From NCBI GenBank assembly GCA_001189165.1, contig LFCO01000003.1, positions 126,984 through 190,983 on the forward strand: a stretch of DNA of 64,000 nt, written 5' to 3'. Each line of letters begins with the position of its first letter. Position 1 is the stretch's first letter. Of this stretch, positions 20,212-30,306 are shown in pieces. The DNA comes from Parcubacteria bacterium C7867-005 (GTDB lineage: Bacteria > Patescibacteriota > Minisyncoccia > Phycocordibacterales > Zambryskibacteraceae). A model generated the notes under the pieces. The model searched no databases and was not told the DNA's origin. It saw nothing but the letters and a program-made list of their open reading frames with translations. A program made the translations under genes and the position numbers.

Positions 20212-20571
20212 TTAATTCATGTGGTCTCTACACATCCTGGCCGCAGGATTCGCAGTTAGTCTTTCTTCATCTATTTCCACTCCACATTGCTCACATTTAC
20301 CAAATGTTCCGGCATCTATTTTTTCTAAAGCAGATTTTATATCTTTATATCTTGGTTCGAGTTTGTTCACTATGGCATTGTTGTCTACATAGTCTGAGAT
20401 GCTATCTGCGACTATGTTGTCGTCCGCTTGAGATACATCTCTTTCAGCGGGTGTCGCTTCCCAGTCAGAAAGATTATCTGGGTTGATTCTTGCTACCTGA
20501 GAGAGTTCAGACTCCAGACTCGCCATTTCTGCCTCAAGCTTCTTTTTTAAATCATCAATATTATTTGTCAT
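20212..20571 (-). CDS. DksA/TraR-family zinc-finger protein
   Basis: Coiled coil then ALEKIDAGTFGKCEQCG.EI..ERL.ANPAARMC. Confidence 0.88.
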   Translation of the reverse strand: MTNNIDDLKKKLEAEMASLESELSQVARINPDNLSDWEATPAERDVSQADDNIVADSISDYVDNNAIVNKLEPRYKDIKSALEKIDAGTFGKCEQCGVEIDEERLTANPAARMCRDHMN

Positions 20572-20603
20572 TGGCTCTAGTGTATCAAGTTATGGTTTTT
20601 ATG

Positions 20604-21632
20604 CTAGCGAGAGAGCTTTTCGGCATTGAGGCGGTTTATAAGAGTCCTCAGTGATGCCTCATCGTCAGTAATGATGAGCAGATTATTATCAAAAAAAGCA
20701 TACAGAAGTACCGTTCTGCCCAAGAGATTCCTCAAAACCCGGGCATCCTTGTTTTGTATTGTTATGTCTTGAAACTTTGACTCAGATGGAAGGCTCGAGA
20801 CCGTTTCTATGGAAGCAAATAGAGGCAGAACATCGTCTAGGAGATTTTCTTCCCAAGAAAGCATACCTGGAAAGGCGTTTTCGAATGAATCCAGCTTGAC
20901 GAGCATGAATGTGCTAGGTCTCTCCCCTCCTAGTACGCCGAACATAAATGAATGGTTAAAGGCCCTGACCAAATTTTTTGGTGCCCTGCTGCGGAGCAAT
21001 ATCAGAAATCCTTCCGTTTCAAGTAATGGTGAATTTATCTCTCCCCCTTTGCGTAATTCGATTTGTTTTATGCCGGAGCTCCCCGTGTAACTTTTTTCCT
21101 CGACGATTCGATCTATGAATGATTCCCTGTTAAATTTTAGAACATCAATATCAATCAAACTGTTTGTTGCTAAAAATTTATTAGGCACGACTACTACTGC
21201 CGGTGTGGCCAGCTTGTCTTTATATTCTCTATATGCGAACCAAGAACCAGCTCCACCGAGCAGAAGCAAAAGTACTGTTCCTATGAACAACATTATTCCT
21301 GAATGATCTTTTTTCTCTCTGTCTATTCTTGGTGCAGAAGAATATTTGGCCAAGGGCACAGACGGTGCTGCGTACGTGTTCTCCAATGGGACGGGGGTAG
21401 TGAAAATTTCCTTAGGTGCTGGAGGCACGCTGACCATCTCCGCTTCTTTTTGTTTTTGTTCTAAGTTGCTTCTTTCTTCTCTTAAAACCTCTTTCCTCTG
21501 AATCGAAGATACGGATTCATTTTGTTTGCCAAGTGCCTCTGCTACGTCACCTTGATAAGTGCGTATTTGTTTTAGCGGAGAGCCTGGGCTCGTCTCCTCT
21601 GGGGACAGAGAGTATTCTTTCAAAGGATCCAT
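20604..21632 (-). CDS. Single-pass membrane hypothetical protein
   Basis: IRTYQGDVAEA N-terminus, central TM helix, extracellular domain. Confidence 0.7.
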   Translation of the reverse strand: MDPLKEYSLSPEETSPGSPLKQIRTYQGDVAEALGKQNESVSSIQRKEVLREERSNLEQKQKEAEMVSVPPAPKEIFTTPVPLENTYAAPSVPLAKYSSAPRIDREKKDHSGIMLFIGTVLLLLLGGAGSWFAYREYKDKLATPAVVVVPNKFLATNSLIDIDVLKFNRESFIDRIVEEKSYTGSSGIKQIELRKGGEINSPLLETEGFLILLRSRAPKNLVRAFNHSFMFGVLGGERPSTFMLVKLDSFENAFPGMLSWEENLLDDVLPLFASIETVSSLPSESKFQDITIQNKDARVLRNLLGRTVLLYAFFDNNLLIITDDEASLRTLINRLNAEKLSR

Positions 21633-21646
21633 CTCTTTATTCTAAC

Positions 21647-22189
21647 TTATCTTTGACTTCTTTCGCGCGGTTTCATCTCATTTGAACCGAGAAGGTATTT
21701 TTTTGGATTATGGTCTAAGTCTATGAAGTCATCTGCTGCTTCAATCAGTCGTGCAGATGATGATTTGCCGAAAGATACAACCTCTACCTGGCATCCATGA
21801 GTGTTTTGTAAATACTCTATGAGTGAGACAAAGTCACCATCACCTGAACAGATTATTATTGTGTCGAGTTTTGGAGCCATTTTCACAGCATCCATCGCCA
21901 AATCAACATCCGCATCCGCTTTCTTGGCGCCGCCGACGAATATTTGTAATGGTTTTGTTCTGGTCTCTATGCCCGCCTTCGATAGAGCTTCAAAAAAGGC
22001 CTTCTCTTCTCCACCTTCTGTGGTGGCTACATAAGCCATGGCTCGGATTAAGATTCGACCACCGACTACTTCTTTTAGAATATTACCGAAGTTTGCCTTC
22101 GCGTGGTAAAGATTCTTCGCACTATGATAAAGATTTTGCGTGTCTATGAATACGCCGACACGTTGGGCTTTGTGTTTTATTACTGACAT
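21647..22189 (-). CDS. NYN (LabA/DUF88) domain protein
   Basis: VFIDTQNLY, DVDLAMD, SGDGDF, GCQVEV. Confidence 0.92.
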   Translation of the reverse strand: MSVIKHKAQRVGVFIDTQNLYHSAKNLYHAKANFGNILKEVVGGRILIRAMAYVATTEGGEEKAFFEALSKAGIETRTKPLQIFVGGAKKADADVDLAMDAVKMAPKLDTIIICSGDGDFVSLIEYLQNTHGCQVEVVSFGKSSSARLIEAADDFIDLDHNPKKYLLGSNEMKPRERSQR

Positions 22190-22255
22190 GAAAAAATGAC
22201 TAACAATTATTAAAAACCTTAAACTAAAGGAACGACCCTCTCCTTATATACTATC

Positions 22256-22522
22256 TTACTTTTTCAAACCGAGTTTTTTCTGGAGAGCCAAAGCCTGCTT
22301 TGGAGATTTCTTTTCTAGGTACTTCATATGAGCTTGGCGGTCTGCAACCATGGCCAATAGTCCTCTGCGTGAGTGGTTGTCCTTGGCATGTTTCTTGAGA
22401 TGGAGTGCAAGTTCCTCTATACGCTTAGTCAAAACAGAGATTTGTACTGGCGCAGAACCAGTATCCTCGGCATGGATCTGGGCTTCTTTGATAGTCTTCT
22501 GTTTTTTGGTCTTTGAAATCAT
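22256..22522 (-). CDS. rpsO: 30S ribosomal protein S15
   Basis: DTGSAPVQISVLT..HLKKHAKDNHSRRGL. Confidence 0.96.
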   Translation of the reverse strand: MISKTKKQKTIKEAQIHAEDTGSAPVQISVLTKRIEELALHLKKHAKDNHSRRGLLAMVADRQAHMKYLEKKSPKQALALQKKLGLKK

Positions 22523-22608
22523 CCTTGTATAATAGCATATAACGCTCTTTTAAGCAAGCTCCCTCTCTAACACTCCCCGCCTCATGAAATGGTACAATAT
22601 TGTGCGAC

Positions 22609-23541
22609 ATGACAAGTGCAAACGAGCTACAAAGGCTAAAAAGAGAGTTTCTGGAACATACAGAGATAGCCAAAGGTAGAGCAGTGAAAACCATAGAGAA
22701 TTATGATCATTACCTCACTCGCTTTTTGGATTTTGCCAAGGTAAGCAAGGCATCCGAGATTAATGATAGTAAAGTAAGAGATTTTAGGCTTTGGCTAAAC
22801 CGTCAATCAACCGGGAATAATCGGGCCACAGGCAGCACTCTTTCGAAAAAAACTCAGAACTACTACATGATTGCCCTGAGGGCCTTCCTCAAGTTTCTAG
22901 CCAAAAAAGAGATAAAATCGATGGCTCCAGAGCAAATAGAGCTTGCTAAGGTGCCAGAACACTCATTAGATCTCATTTCTACCCAGGAACTCTCCCGCCT
23001 TCTAAAGACCCCAGATGGAGAGGACTTGAAGGATTTGAGGGACAAAGCCATATTGGAACTCTTATTTTCAACCGGACTACGTGTCTCAGAGCTCTGTTCT
23101 TTGACCACAGATATCGATTTTGCCTCTGGCGAGTTTTCTATAAGGGGCAAGGGGGGTAAGGTGAGGGTTGTTTTCGTATCTGATGAGGCCAAAATAGCTA
23201 TCAAAAAGTATCTTTCTAAGCGTAAAGACATGACTGATGCCCTATTCATCCAGATCGGTAAAAAGGGCGATAAGGGCAATAAAGATGTAAGGGCCCTCAC
23301 CCGTCGCTCTATAGAGAGGATAGTCAAAGAACTCGCGGTCAAGGCGGGTATTTCCAAGAAAGTGACCCCACACGTCATACGTCACTCGTTTGCCACAGAC
23401 TTACTCTCAAACGGTGCTGACCTACGCTCGGTTCAGATGCTCCTTGGTCATGCGAACATCTCTACCACCCAGATCTATACTCATGTGACGGACAAGGCTC
23501 TACGAGACACACACCTAAAGTTCCATTCAAAAAGGCAATAG
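22609..23541 (+). CDS. XerC/XerD-type tyrosine recombinase
   Basis: SAM-like N-domain; TGLRVSEL, GKGGK, TPHVIRHSFAT, LGHANISTTQIY. Confidence 0.92.
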   Translation: MTSANELQRLKREFLEHTEIAKGRAVKTIENYDHYLTRFLDFAKVSKASEINDSKVRDFRLWLNRQSTGNNRATGSTLSKKTQNYYMIALRAFLKFLAKKEIKSMAPEQIELAKVPEHSLDLISTQELSRLLKTPDGEDLKDLRDKAILELLFSTGLRVSELCSLTTDIDFASGEFSIRGKGGKVRVVFVSDEAKIAIKKYLSKRKDMTDALFIQIGKKGDKGNKDVRALTRRSIERIVKELAVKAGISKKVTPHVIRHSFATDLLSNGADLRSVQMLLGHANISTTQIYTHVTDKALRDTHLKFHSKRQ

Positions 23542-23558
23542 ACCAGAGATAAGGGTAT

Positions 23559-23588
23559 TTGACAAATTGAGCTAGATATGTATATAAT
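23559..23588 (+). promoter_or_regulatory. Consensus sigma70 promoter of nusA
   Basis: TTGACA-N18-TATAAT. Confidence 0.8.
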
Positions 23589-23613
23589 AGACAGGTAATA
23601 GTTTCAGTTTATG

Positions 23614-23640
23614 GAAGTTCGCCTCACGGCGGACTTCTTT
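23614..23640 (+). promoter_or_regulatory. nusA leader hairpin, possible attenuator
   Basis: GAAGTTCGCC-TCAC-GGCGGACTTC then TTT, between promoter and start codon. Confidence 0.6.
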
Positions 23641-23664
23641 CGTAAAAATTTAATCAATATCAAT

Positions 23665-24837
23665 ATGTTTGATCTAAAAGTTATAAATTCAGTACTCAGT
23701 GAACTCGAAGAAGTTCGTGGTATTCCAAAAGAAAAAATAGTGGAAGCAATAGAAGCTGCCTTGGCTACTGCATACAAGAAAGAGTACGGGAAGAAAGGCC
23801 AGATCATCCGAACTACCTTCGATCTAAAATCAGGAGAGACTAGTTTCTTCCAGGTGAAGATTGTTGTCGATGGTTCGAGAGTTATTTTCCCTGAAGAAGC
23901 AGAACGACTCGAAGATCTCGCTAACGAAAATCCAGAACAAGCCGAAGGTGTCGCAGATGAGAGAGTTATCTATAACCCAGAACATCATATCCTCCTCGAC
24001 GATGCGAAGAAAATAAAAAGAGACGCAGTACTCGACGAAGAGATTGTCTTCCCTATCGAATCCAAAGGTGATTACGGACGCATCGCTGCACAAACAGCCA
24101 AGCAGGTTATCATGCAGAAAATTCGTGAAGCAGAAAAAATTTCTGTAGTTTCTGAATTCGGCAAACGTGAAGGAGATATCGTGAGTGGTACAGTACAACG
24201 TATTGAACGCGGAAATATTTTCGTAGACATGGGCCGTGCCACAGGATTACTACCATACGAAGAACAAATTCCTGGTGAGAGATTCAACCAAGGCGAAAGA
24301 GTTCGTGCATATCTATACAGAGTAGAAGAAAGCCCTCGGGGCGTGTTCTTGAGGCTTTCACGATCTCACCCAAAATTCCTAGAAAAACTTTTTGAGGCAG
24401 AAGCACCAGAGTTGCAGAATGGTACAGTGGTGATCAAAGCTATTGCTCGCGAAGCAGGATATAGATCAAAGATAGCTGGTCAAGCGATTGATTCACACAT
24501 AGATCCAGTTGGTGCGCTCGTTGGTCAACGTGGTGTCCGTGTGTCTACTGTTATGTCTGAACTCCGCGGTGAAAAAATAGATGTGATTGAATGGCACGAA
24601 GATCCAAAGAAGTTTATTGAAGAAGCTTTGTCACCTGCAAAAATCTTGAAGATCGAAATAAACGAAACAGATAAAACTGCAGCCGTCCATGTTTCTGAAG
24701 ACCAGCAGTCGTTGGCTATTGGTAAGGGTGGACAAAATGTACGTCTCGCAGCAAAACTTACTGGTTGGAAAATAGACATCCAGTCAGCAAAGGGTGAAGA
24801 ACTTGCTTCAGCAGAAGCACCAAAAGAAATAGCTTAA
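23665..24837 (+). CDS. nusA: Transcription factor NusA
   Basis: GRIAAQTAKQVI, S1 and KH domains, AIGKGGQNVRLAAKLTGWKIDI. Start set to ATG 23665. Confidence 0.97.
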   Translation: MFDLKVINSVLSELEEVRGIPKEKIVEAIEAALATAYKKEYGKKGQIIRTTFDLKSGETSFFQVKIVVDGSRVIFPEEAERLEDLANENPEQAEGVADERVIYNPEHHILLDDAKKIKRDAVLDEEIVFPIESKGDYGRIAAQTAKQVIMQKIREAEKISVVSEFGKREGDIVSGTVQRIERGNIFVDMGRATGLLPYEEQIPGERFNQGERVRAYLYRVEESPRGVFLRLSRSHPKFLEKLFEAEAPELQNGTVVIKAIAREAGYRSKIAGQAIDSHIDPVGALVGQRGVRVSTVMSELRGEKIDVIEWHEDPKKFIEEALSPAKILKIEINETDKTAAVHVSEDQQSLAIGKGGQNVRLAAKLTGWKIDIQSAKGEELASAEAPKEIA

Positions 24838-24859
24838 TAAAATAAGTTAAAATAAAATC

Positions 24860-25393
24860 ATGAATCTTTGGCACGATATTGACCCAGGAAATAAGGATGC
24901 GATGAACGTTATCATAGAGATAAATAAAGGTTCGAAGAATAAATATGAGATAGATAAAAAAACCGGATTAATCGCACTTGACCGAGTGATGCATACCGGC
25001 CAGGATTATCCGTTTGATTATGGTTTCGTTCCCCAATCTCTATGGCACGATGGAGACCCTTTGGATGTTGTGGTGCTCACCACTTACCCACTCGTTCCCG
25101 GGGTGTTGGTTTCTGTTCGCCCTGTGGCAGTGATCCACATGGTAGACAACGGAGAAGCGGATGAAAAAATAATAGCTGCACCGATAGAAGACCCAAGATT
25201 TGATCACGTCAAAGATTTAGAAGATGTAAACAAGCATACGATCAAAGAGATAGAACATTTTTTTCTGACCTATAAGAACTTACAGAAAAAGGAAGTAAAG
25301 ATAAACGGCATAGAGGGTCAGGGTGTTGCTTCAGATGCCTTTGAAGAATCTCTCAAGATCTATAAGGACAAATATAAAGTGAAACGGGCCTAA
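24860..25393 (+). CDS. ppa: Family I inorganic pyrophosphatase
   Basis: KNKYEID, YGFVPQ, DGDPLDV, DEKII. Confidence 0.96.
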   Translation: MNLWHDIDPGNKDAMNVIIEINKGSKNKYEIDKKTGLIALDRVMHTGQDYPFDYGFVPQSLWHDGDPLDVVVLTTYPLVPGVLVSVRPVAVIHMVDNGEADEKIIAAPIEDPRFDHVKDLEDVNKHTIKEIEHFFLTYKNLQKKEVKINGIEGQGVASDAFEESLKIYKDKYKVKRA

Positions 25394-25401
25394 AATAAGA
25401 C

Positions 25402-25434
25402 AAAAACCAGAGGGGGTAACCCCTCTGGTTTTTT
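25402..25434 (+). terminator. Intrinsic terminator after ppa
   Basis: AAAAACCAGAGGGG-GTAA-CCCCTCTGGTTTTTT. Confidence 0.85.
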
Positions 25435-25510
25435 GATATAATGATTACCTGGTCAATGCACAGACCAGAATGAAATTCAGATTAATCGATAAAATATTAA
25501 GTAAATTCTT

Positions 25511-26230
25511 ATGAAACGAAAACTTACAATCCTCACCCTTCTTCTGGCCGTAGCTCTATCCCCCGTCTTTGTTTATGGAGTGAAAGCAGAATCAGGTAGT
25601 AATGGATATGTTTCTAGCTCAACAAAATACAAAGTTGAGATGAAACAAAAACTAGATGACAAGAAAAATGAGCTCAAGGATGCCAGAGAGACATACAAGG
25701 ATGACATGAAACAAAAGAAAGAAGAATTTAAATCCGAGGTAAAAGAAAAGAAAGAAGAGTTTCGCTCAGAGAAACAAGAGAAACGAGGTGAGATCAAATC
25801 AGAGATAGCCAAGAAGAGAATAGATATCTTGACTAGGGTTCTCACCGCCACAGTTGAAAGACTTGAAAAGATTGTTCTAAGAATAGAATCAAGAATAGAA
25901 AAAATAAAATCAGCCGGCGATTCTACAACAGAAGCAGAGGCTTCGATAAAATTGGCTAAAGGAAACTTGGCGGATGCCAAGGTACACATAAGCACTCTTA
26001 GCTCCATCGATTCTTCTTGGTCAAGCACCACAGCAAGTACAACAGCCCGCACTACGATCGAGAAGATAAAGACAGAAGCCAAGGCAGCCAAGGATGATCT
26101 ACACAGTGCCCGTACTAACCTTTCAAAAGCTATAGGCTTTATCAAAGGATTAGGAGAAGGTCGTAAGGGAGACGATGATAGAGGAGGAAGACCAGGTACT
26201 ACTACCGCGACGACAACCTCTTCAAACTAA
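25511..26230 (+). CDS. Secreted K/E-rich coiled-coil protein
   Basis: Signal peptide (VKA/E), heptad-like charged helices, Thr-rich tail. Confidence 0.75.
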   Translation: MKRKLTILTLLLAVALSPVFVYGVKAESGSNGYVSSSTKYKVEMKQKLDDKKNELKDARETYKDDMKQKKEEFKSEVKEKKEEFRSEKQEKRGEIKSEIAKKRIDILTRVLTATVERLEKIVLRIESRIEKIKSAGDSTTEAEASIKLAKGNLADAKVHISTLSSIDSSWSSTTASTTARTTIEKIKTEAKAAKDDLHSARTNLSKAIGFIKGLGEGRKGDDDRGGRPGTTTATTTSSN

Positions 26231-26266
26231 GTTAGAATTAATTAATAATCATTAATCAAACATTGT

Positions 26267-26545
26267 ATGGAAGGAGACCAAAACACAAATACGGGTTCAA
26301 GGGAGGAGGGTTCTGTCGGTGGTGTCATTGCAACCATCATAATCCTCGCGATCATAGTCTTGGGAGGATTATACTTCTGGAGCAAAAGAGCCGTCGATAA
26401 TGATGGTGCACAAAACGTTCCAGCATTAAATGAAAACTCTATTGAATCAATAGAGACACAATCAACCTCTGACGATACTTCTTCTATAGAGGCAGATCTA
26501 AATCAAACAGATACAAACATAGACACAGAGATCAACGCATCATAA
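26267..26545 (+). CDS. Small acidic single-pass membrane protein
   Basis: One TM helix (IIILAIIVLGGLYFW), acidic C-terminus, terminator follows. Confidence 0.75.
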   Translation: MEGDQNTNTGSREEGSVGGVIATIIILAIIVLGGLYFWSKRAVDNDGAQNVPALNENSIESIETQSTSDDTSSIEADLNQTDTNIDTEINAS

Positions 26546-26566
26546 ATAGGATAAAATTGTTTGTTT

Positions 26567-26604
26567 CAAATCCCCGACACCAAAAGTGTCGGGGATTTGC
26601 TTTT
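26567..26604 (+). terminator. Intrinsic terminator
   Basis: CAAATCCCCGACAC-CAAAA-GTGTCGGGGATTTG-CTTTT. Confidence 0.8.
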
Positions 26605-26631
26605 ATGTTCTCTTTTCTTTAAACTCTCCCC

Positions 26632-27591
26632 ATGTCTAAACATTTTGATGATATAAAATCCAAATCGCTACCAAACTCGATGGTAGAGATTAATGGCAGA
26701 ATCTCCAAAGAATTTATAGCCGAATGTCGTAAAGAGGCCATAAAAGAGCTTAACAGTAGAGTTGATTTTCCTGGTTTTAGAAAGGGTCATATACCAGAAG
26801 ATATCTTGGTTAAGAGATTGGGTGAGATGGCGATCCTCGAAGAGGCAGCAGAGATCGCTTTGGGTAGAGAGTATAGATCGATCATCACTGAGGCCAAAAT
26901 TGTCTCTATAGGTGAGCCAGTTATCGCTGTCACCAAACTTGCTCTGGGGATAGGTCTTGAGTTCAAAATTACTACTGCGGTTGAACCAGAATTCAAACTT
27001 CCTAATTATAAAAAGATAGCCAAAGAGTTTTTGGGTAAAGAAGAAAAGATCTCTATTACTGACAAAGAAGTTGAAGAGGTGTTGGCAGAGATAACCAAAA
27101 GAGAGATAAAACCAGATTTGAAAGAAGGGGAAAATATAAACGATAAGATAAAAACAAATTTAATAAAAGAAAAAGAACTTAGGGCTAAAGAAAAAACTAG
27201 ACTCTCAATCATCGACTCCTTGATCAAAGAGACAGAGATCGCTGTGCCAGAGATATTTATCCGAAATGAACTAGAGAAGATGATCGGTCAATTCAAGGAC
27301 GACGTATCTAGGGCTGGTCTCAAGTGGGAGGACTATCTTATTTCTATCAAAAAATTGGAAGACGAGGTGCGCAAGGAATGGCAACCAAAGGCGATTGATC
27401 GAGCCAAAGCAGAATTGATTGTGGCTAAAATAGCCGTGGAAGAAAAGATTGAACCAACAAATGAAGAGTTAGAGCATGAAACTACTCACCTACTCGCCCA
27501 CTACCCTGAGGCGGATCCACTACGAGCTCGTATGTATATCTATTCACAGATGAGAAATGAAAAAGTTTTCGAGTTTCTTGAAACTATTTAG
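26632..27591 (+). CDS. tig: Trigger factor lacking the central FKBP/PPIase domain
   Basis: PGFRKGHIP ribosome-binding motif; C-terminal SurA-like domain; only 319 aa; upstream of clpP. Confidence 0.88.
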   Translation: MSKHFDDIKSKSLPNSMVEINGRISKEFIAECRKEAIKELNSRVDFPGFRKGHIPEDILVKRLGEMAILEEAAEIALGREYRSIITEAKIVSIGEPVIAVTKLALGIGLEFKITTAVEPEFKLPNYKKIAKEFLGKEEKISITDKEVEEVLAEITKREIKPDLKEGENINDKIKTNLIKEKELRAKEKTRLSIIDSLIKETEIAVPEIFIRNELEKMIGQFKDDVSRAGLKWEDYLISIKKLEDEVRKEWQPKAIDRAKAELIVAKIAVEEKIEPTNEELEHETTHLLAHYPEADPLRARMYIYSQMRNEKVFEFLETI

Positions 27592-27614
27592 GTTCTAGTA
27601 TAGTGTAGGAGTCT

Positions 27615-28190
27615 ATGAGTTATCTTATACCAACAGTTATAGAGAAGAGCCAGTTTGGTGAGAGGGCGTATGACATCTACTCTCGCCTATTAAAGGAACG
27701 AATTATTTTCCTTAGCGGTCCTATTCATGATGACGTGGCCAATATTGTCATTGCTCAGCTCCTATTCCTTGCTTCAGAAGACCCAAAGAAAGATATTTCC
27801 CTCTATATCAATTCTCCGGGTGGATCTGTCACAGATGGCTTGGCGATTGTGGATGCGATGAACCATATAAGCCCCTCTGTCTCAACAGTTTGTATAGGGA
27901 TGGCTGCTTCGATGGGCGCTGTCATACTTTCTGCTGGTGAAAAAGGAAAGCGATTTGCCCTTCCAAATGCAGAGGTGATGATCCATCAGCCTCACGGGGG
28001 CGCAGAAGGTCAAGCTTCTGATATAGAGATTAGCGCAAAAAGAATTATCAAAAATAGAGAAGTTTTGAATAAAATGCTTGCCAAGAACACTGGCCAGCCA
28101 CTTTCCAGGATTGAAAAGGATGCGGACAGGGATTTTTTCATGGATTCTGAAGAGGCTAAAAAATACGGAATAATAGACAAAATTATCTAA
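27615..28190 (+). CDS. clpP: ATP-dependent Clp protease proteolytic subunit
   Basis: [30 protein letters not shown]. Confidence 0.97.
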   Translation: MSYLIPTVIEKSQFGERAYDIYSRLLKERIIFLSGPIHDDVANIVIAQLLFLASEDPKKDISLYINSPGGSVTDGLAIVDAMNHISPSVSTVCIGMAASMGAVILSAGEKGKRFALPNAEVMIHQPHGGAEGQASDIEISAKRIIKNREVLNKMLAKNTGQPLSRIEKDADRDFFMDSEEAKKYGIIDKII

Positions 28191-28367
28191 AGGTAGTATC
28201 TTTTGGTTGTTCCACTTTAAAGATTAATTTGAAACGTTCGCTTTCGGTAACGACGCCTTACAGAAATACGGTCCACTCCACCCTCAGATAATAGGATTCG
28301 CCTCAAATACGGCTTAAATAAACGTTTTATTGCATTGAGGACCTCGAAAGCGGCTTAAAAACCGCAT

Positions 28368-29897
28368 ATGTCAATTAAATTAGCCCTACTGCTCTCACTC
28401 CTCTCTGCTTCGGCAGGTATAGGTTTTGGTTATTTACTGCGCCTCATTATATCTCTCGGCAAGAAGGGCTCCATGGAGCTTGATATCAAGCAAATGGAAC
28501 TCAAGGCTAGAGAGGACGCCCAACTCATAATTTCTGAAGCGGAATCCAAGGCTTCAGAACTGTTAGAAAAGGCTGAAGGTAACCTGAATGAACGAGAGGA
28601 TCGTGCCAAGAAAACTGAAGACAGGTTAGTCAAAAAAGAAGAATTTTTAGATAAGAGACAGGTAGATATAGATAAGGAAGCCGAATATATCAAAGAAAAA
28701 GCGACAGAAATAAGAAACATCAAAGAAAAAGCAGATGAGCTTATTGGAGCCAGGAATCAGGAGTTGGCGAAGGTTGCCGGTCTTTCTACGGCGGAGGCCA
28801 AAGAGGAACTTTTGAGGGTTGTTGAAAAACAGTCAGAAGAAGATCTCCTTATCAGGATGCAAAAGATGGATAATCAGGTTGATGAGAAGCTTGCAGACAA
28901 AGCTCGTGAGATTTTGGCTACGGTCATACAGCGACTGGCTTCTTCGGTTTCTGGTGAGGTTATGGCCACCTCCGTTCCCCTCCCCTCTGATGATTTGAAG
29001 GGCAAGATTATAGGCAAGGAAGGTAGAAACATCAAAGCTTTTGAACGAGCCACTGGAGTTGAGGTGATTGTTGATGATACCCCAGGCTCCATTACCCTTT
29101 CTTCTTTTGATCCGATTAGGAGGGCTGTGGCGAGACTCGCCTTAGAGAACCTAATCACTGATGGGAGGATACAGCCAGCTAAAATCGAAGAATTTGTAGA
29201 GAAGGCTAGGCTAGAAACCAACAAAATAATTAAAGAAAAGGGCGAAGCCGCGGCATTTGAGTGCGGTGTCTACAATCTTGACCCCAAACTACTATCTATT
29301 CTAGGCAGACTTCATTTCAGGACTTCTTACGGACAAAACGTGCTTGCCCACTCTATCGAGATGACCCACCTCGCAGGGATGATTGCAGAAGAACTCGGAG
29401 CAAATGTCCCCATAGCAAAGGCTGGTGCTCTTCTGCACGACATAGGTAAAGCACTCGACCATGAAGTATCTGGTACGCACGTAGAGATCGGTAGGAGAAT
29501 TCTTCAAAAGTTTAATGTTTCAGAAGAGATTATTAAAGCAATGCAGGCCCACCATGGTGAATATCCTTATGAAACCATCGAATCTATTATCGTTCAGACT
29601 GCAGACGCCATATCTGGAGGAAGGCCCGGTGCAAGGAGAGACACGGTTGAGAACTACTTAAAGCGCTTAGAGGATCTAGAGAAAATTGCCCTCTCGTTTG
29701 ACGGTGTAGAAAAGGCTTACGCTCTTCAAGCAGGAAGAGAAATACGTATTTTTGTTACCCCAGACAAGGTTAGTGACCTTGAAGCCCAAAAAATGGCTAG
29801 AGATATAGCTATTCGGATAGAAAGTGAGCTAAAGTACCCTGGGGAAATAAAAGTAAATGTTATACGAGAAGCAAGGACAGTAGAGTTTGCTAGGTAA
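28368..29897 (+). CDS. rny: Ribonuclease Y
   Basis: N-terminal TM, coiled coil, KH (KGKIIGKEGRNI), HD (LLHDIGK). Confidence 0.97.
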   Translation: MSIKLALLLSLLSASAGIGFGYLLRLIISLGKKGSMELDIKQMELKAREDAQLIISEAESKASELLEKAEGNLNEREDRAKKTEDRLVKKEEFLDKRQVDIDKEAEYIKEKATEIRNIKEKADELIGARNQELAKVAGLSTAEAKEELLRVVEKQSEEDLLIRMQKMDNQVDEKLADKAREILATVIQRLASSVSGEVMATSVPLPSDDLKGKIIGKEGRNIKAFERATGVEVIVDDTPGSITLSSFDPIRRAVARLALENLITDGRIQPAKIEEFVEKARLETNKIIKEKGEAAAFECGVYNLDPKLLSILGRLHFRTSYGQNVLAHSIEMTHLAGMIAEELGANVPIAKAGALLHDIGKALDHEVSGTHVEIGRRILQKFNVSEEIIKAMQAHHGEYPYETIESIIVQTADAISGGRPGARRDTVENYLKRLEDLEKIALSFDGVEKAYALQAGREIRIFVTPDKVSDLEAQKMARDIAIRIESELKYPGEIKVNVIREARTVEFAR

Positions 29898-30015
29898 GCC
29901 TTTTTTGAGGGTCCAAATATCTAGGTTGCTTAAAAAATGGCTTCGTATATAATTTTTATGGGCTAAGAACCTAAAAGAATTTGTTTATTAGATGAGTTTA
30001 AATGCAAGTAATTAC

Positions 30016-30288
30016 ATGAATAAAGTAGCAATAGTAGAAGCAGTACATGCAAAACTTGGTGGAACCAAAGTACAGGCAGAAGAAGTTGTAGATACAGTGA
30101 TTGATTCAATCGTCAATTCTCTAAAGAAAGGAGGCGAAGTTTCTATCGCAGGACTAGGAATCTTCTCAACCAAAGTACGCGCCGCTCGCCAAGCCAGAAA
30201 TCCTCGCACTGGTGAATCTATCTCCGTACCTTCTATGCGTGTTCCAAAGTTTAGACCTGCCAAGGCTCTAAAGGATGCAGTAAAATAA
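30016..30288 (+). CDS. hup: HU-family DNA-binding protein
   Basis: MNK..., GLGIF, ARNPRTGE, PKFRPAKALKDAV. Start set to ATG 30016. Confidence 0.95.
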   Translation: MNKVAIVEAVHAKLGGTKVQAEEVVDTVIDSIVNSLKKGGEVSIAGLGIFSTKVRAARQARNPRTGESISVPSMRVPKFRPAKALKDAVK

Positions 30289-30306
30289 TATTTATTTTAT
30301 CTACTC

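Noticed and set aside
22609-23541. Tyrosine recombinase as prophage/ICE integrase or integron integrase
   Set aside because: Xer-like size and motifs, housekeeping neighbours (rpsO, nusA), no att sites or cassette array seen.
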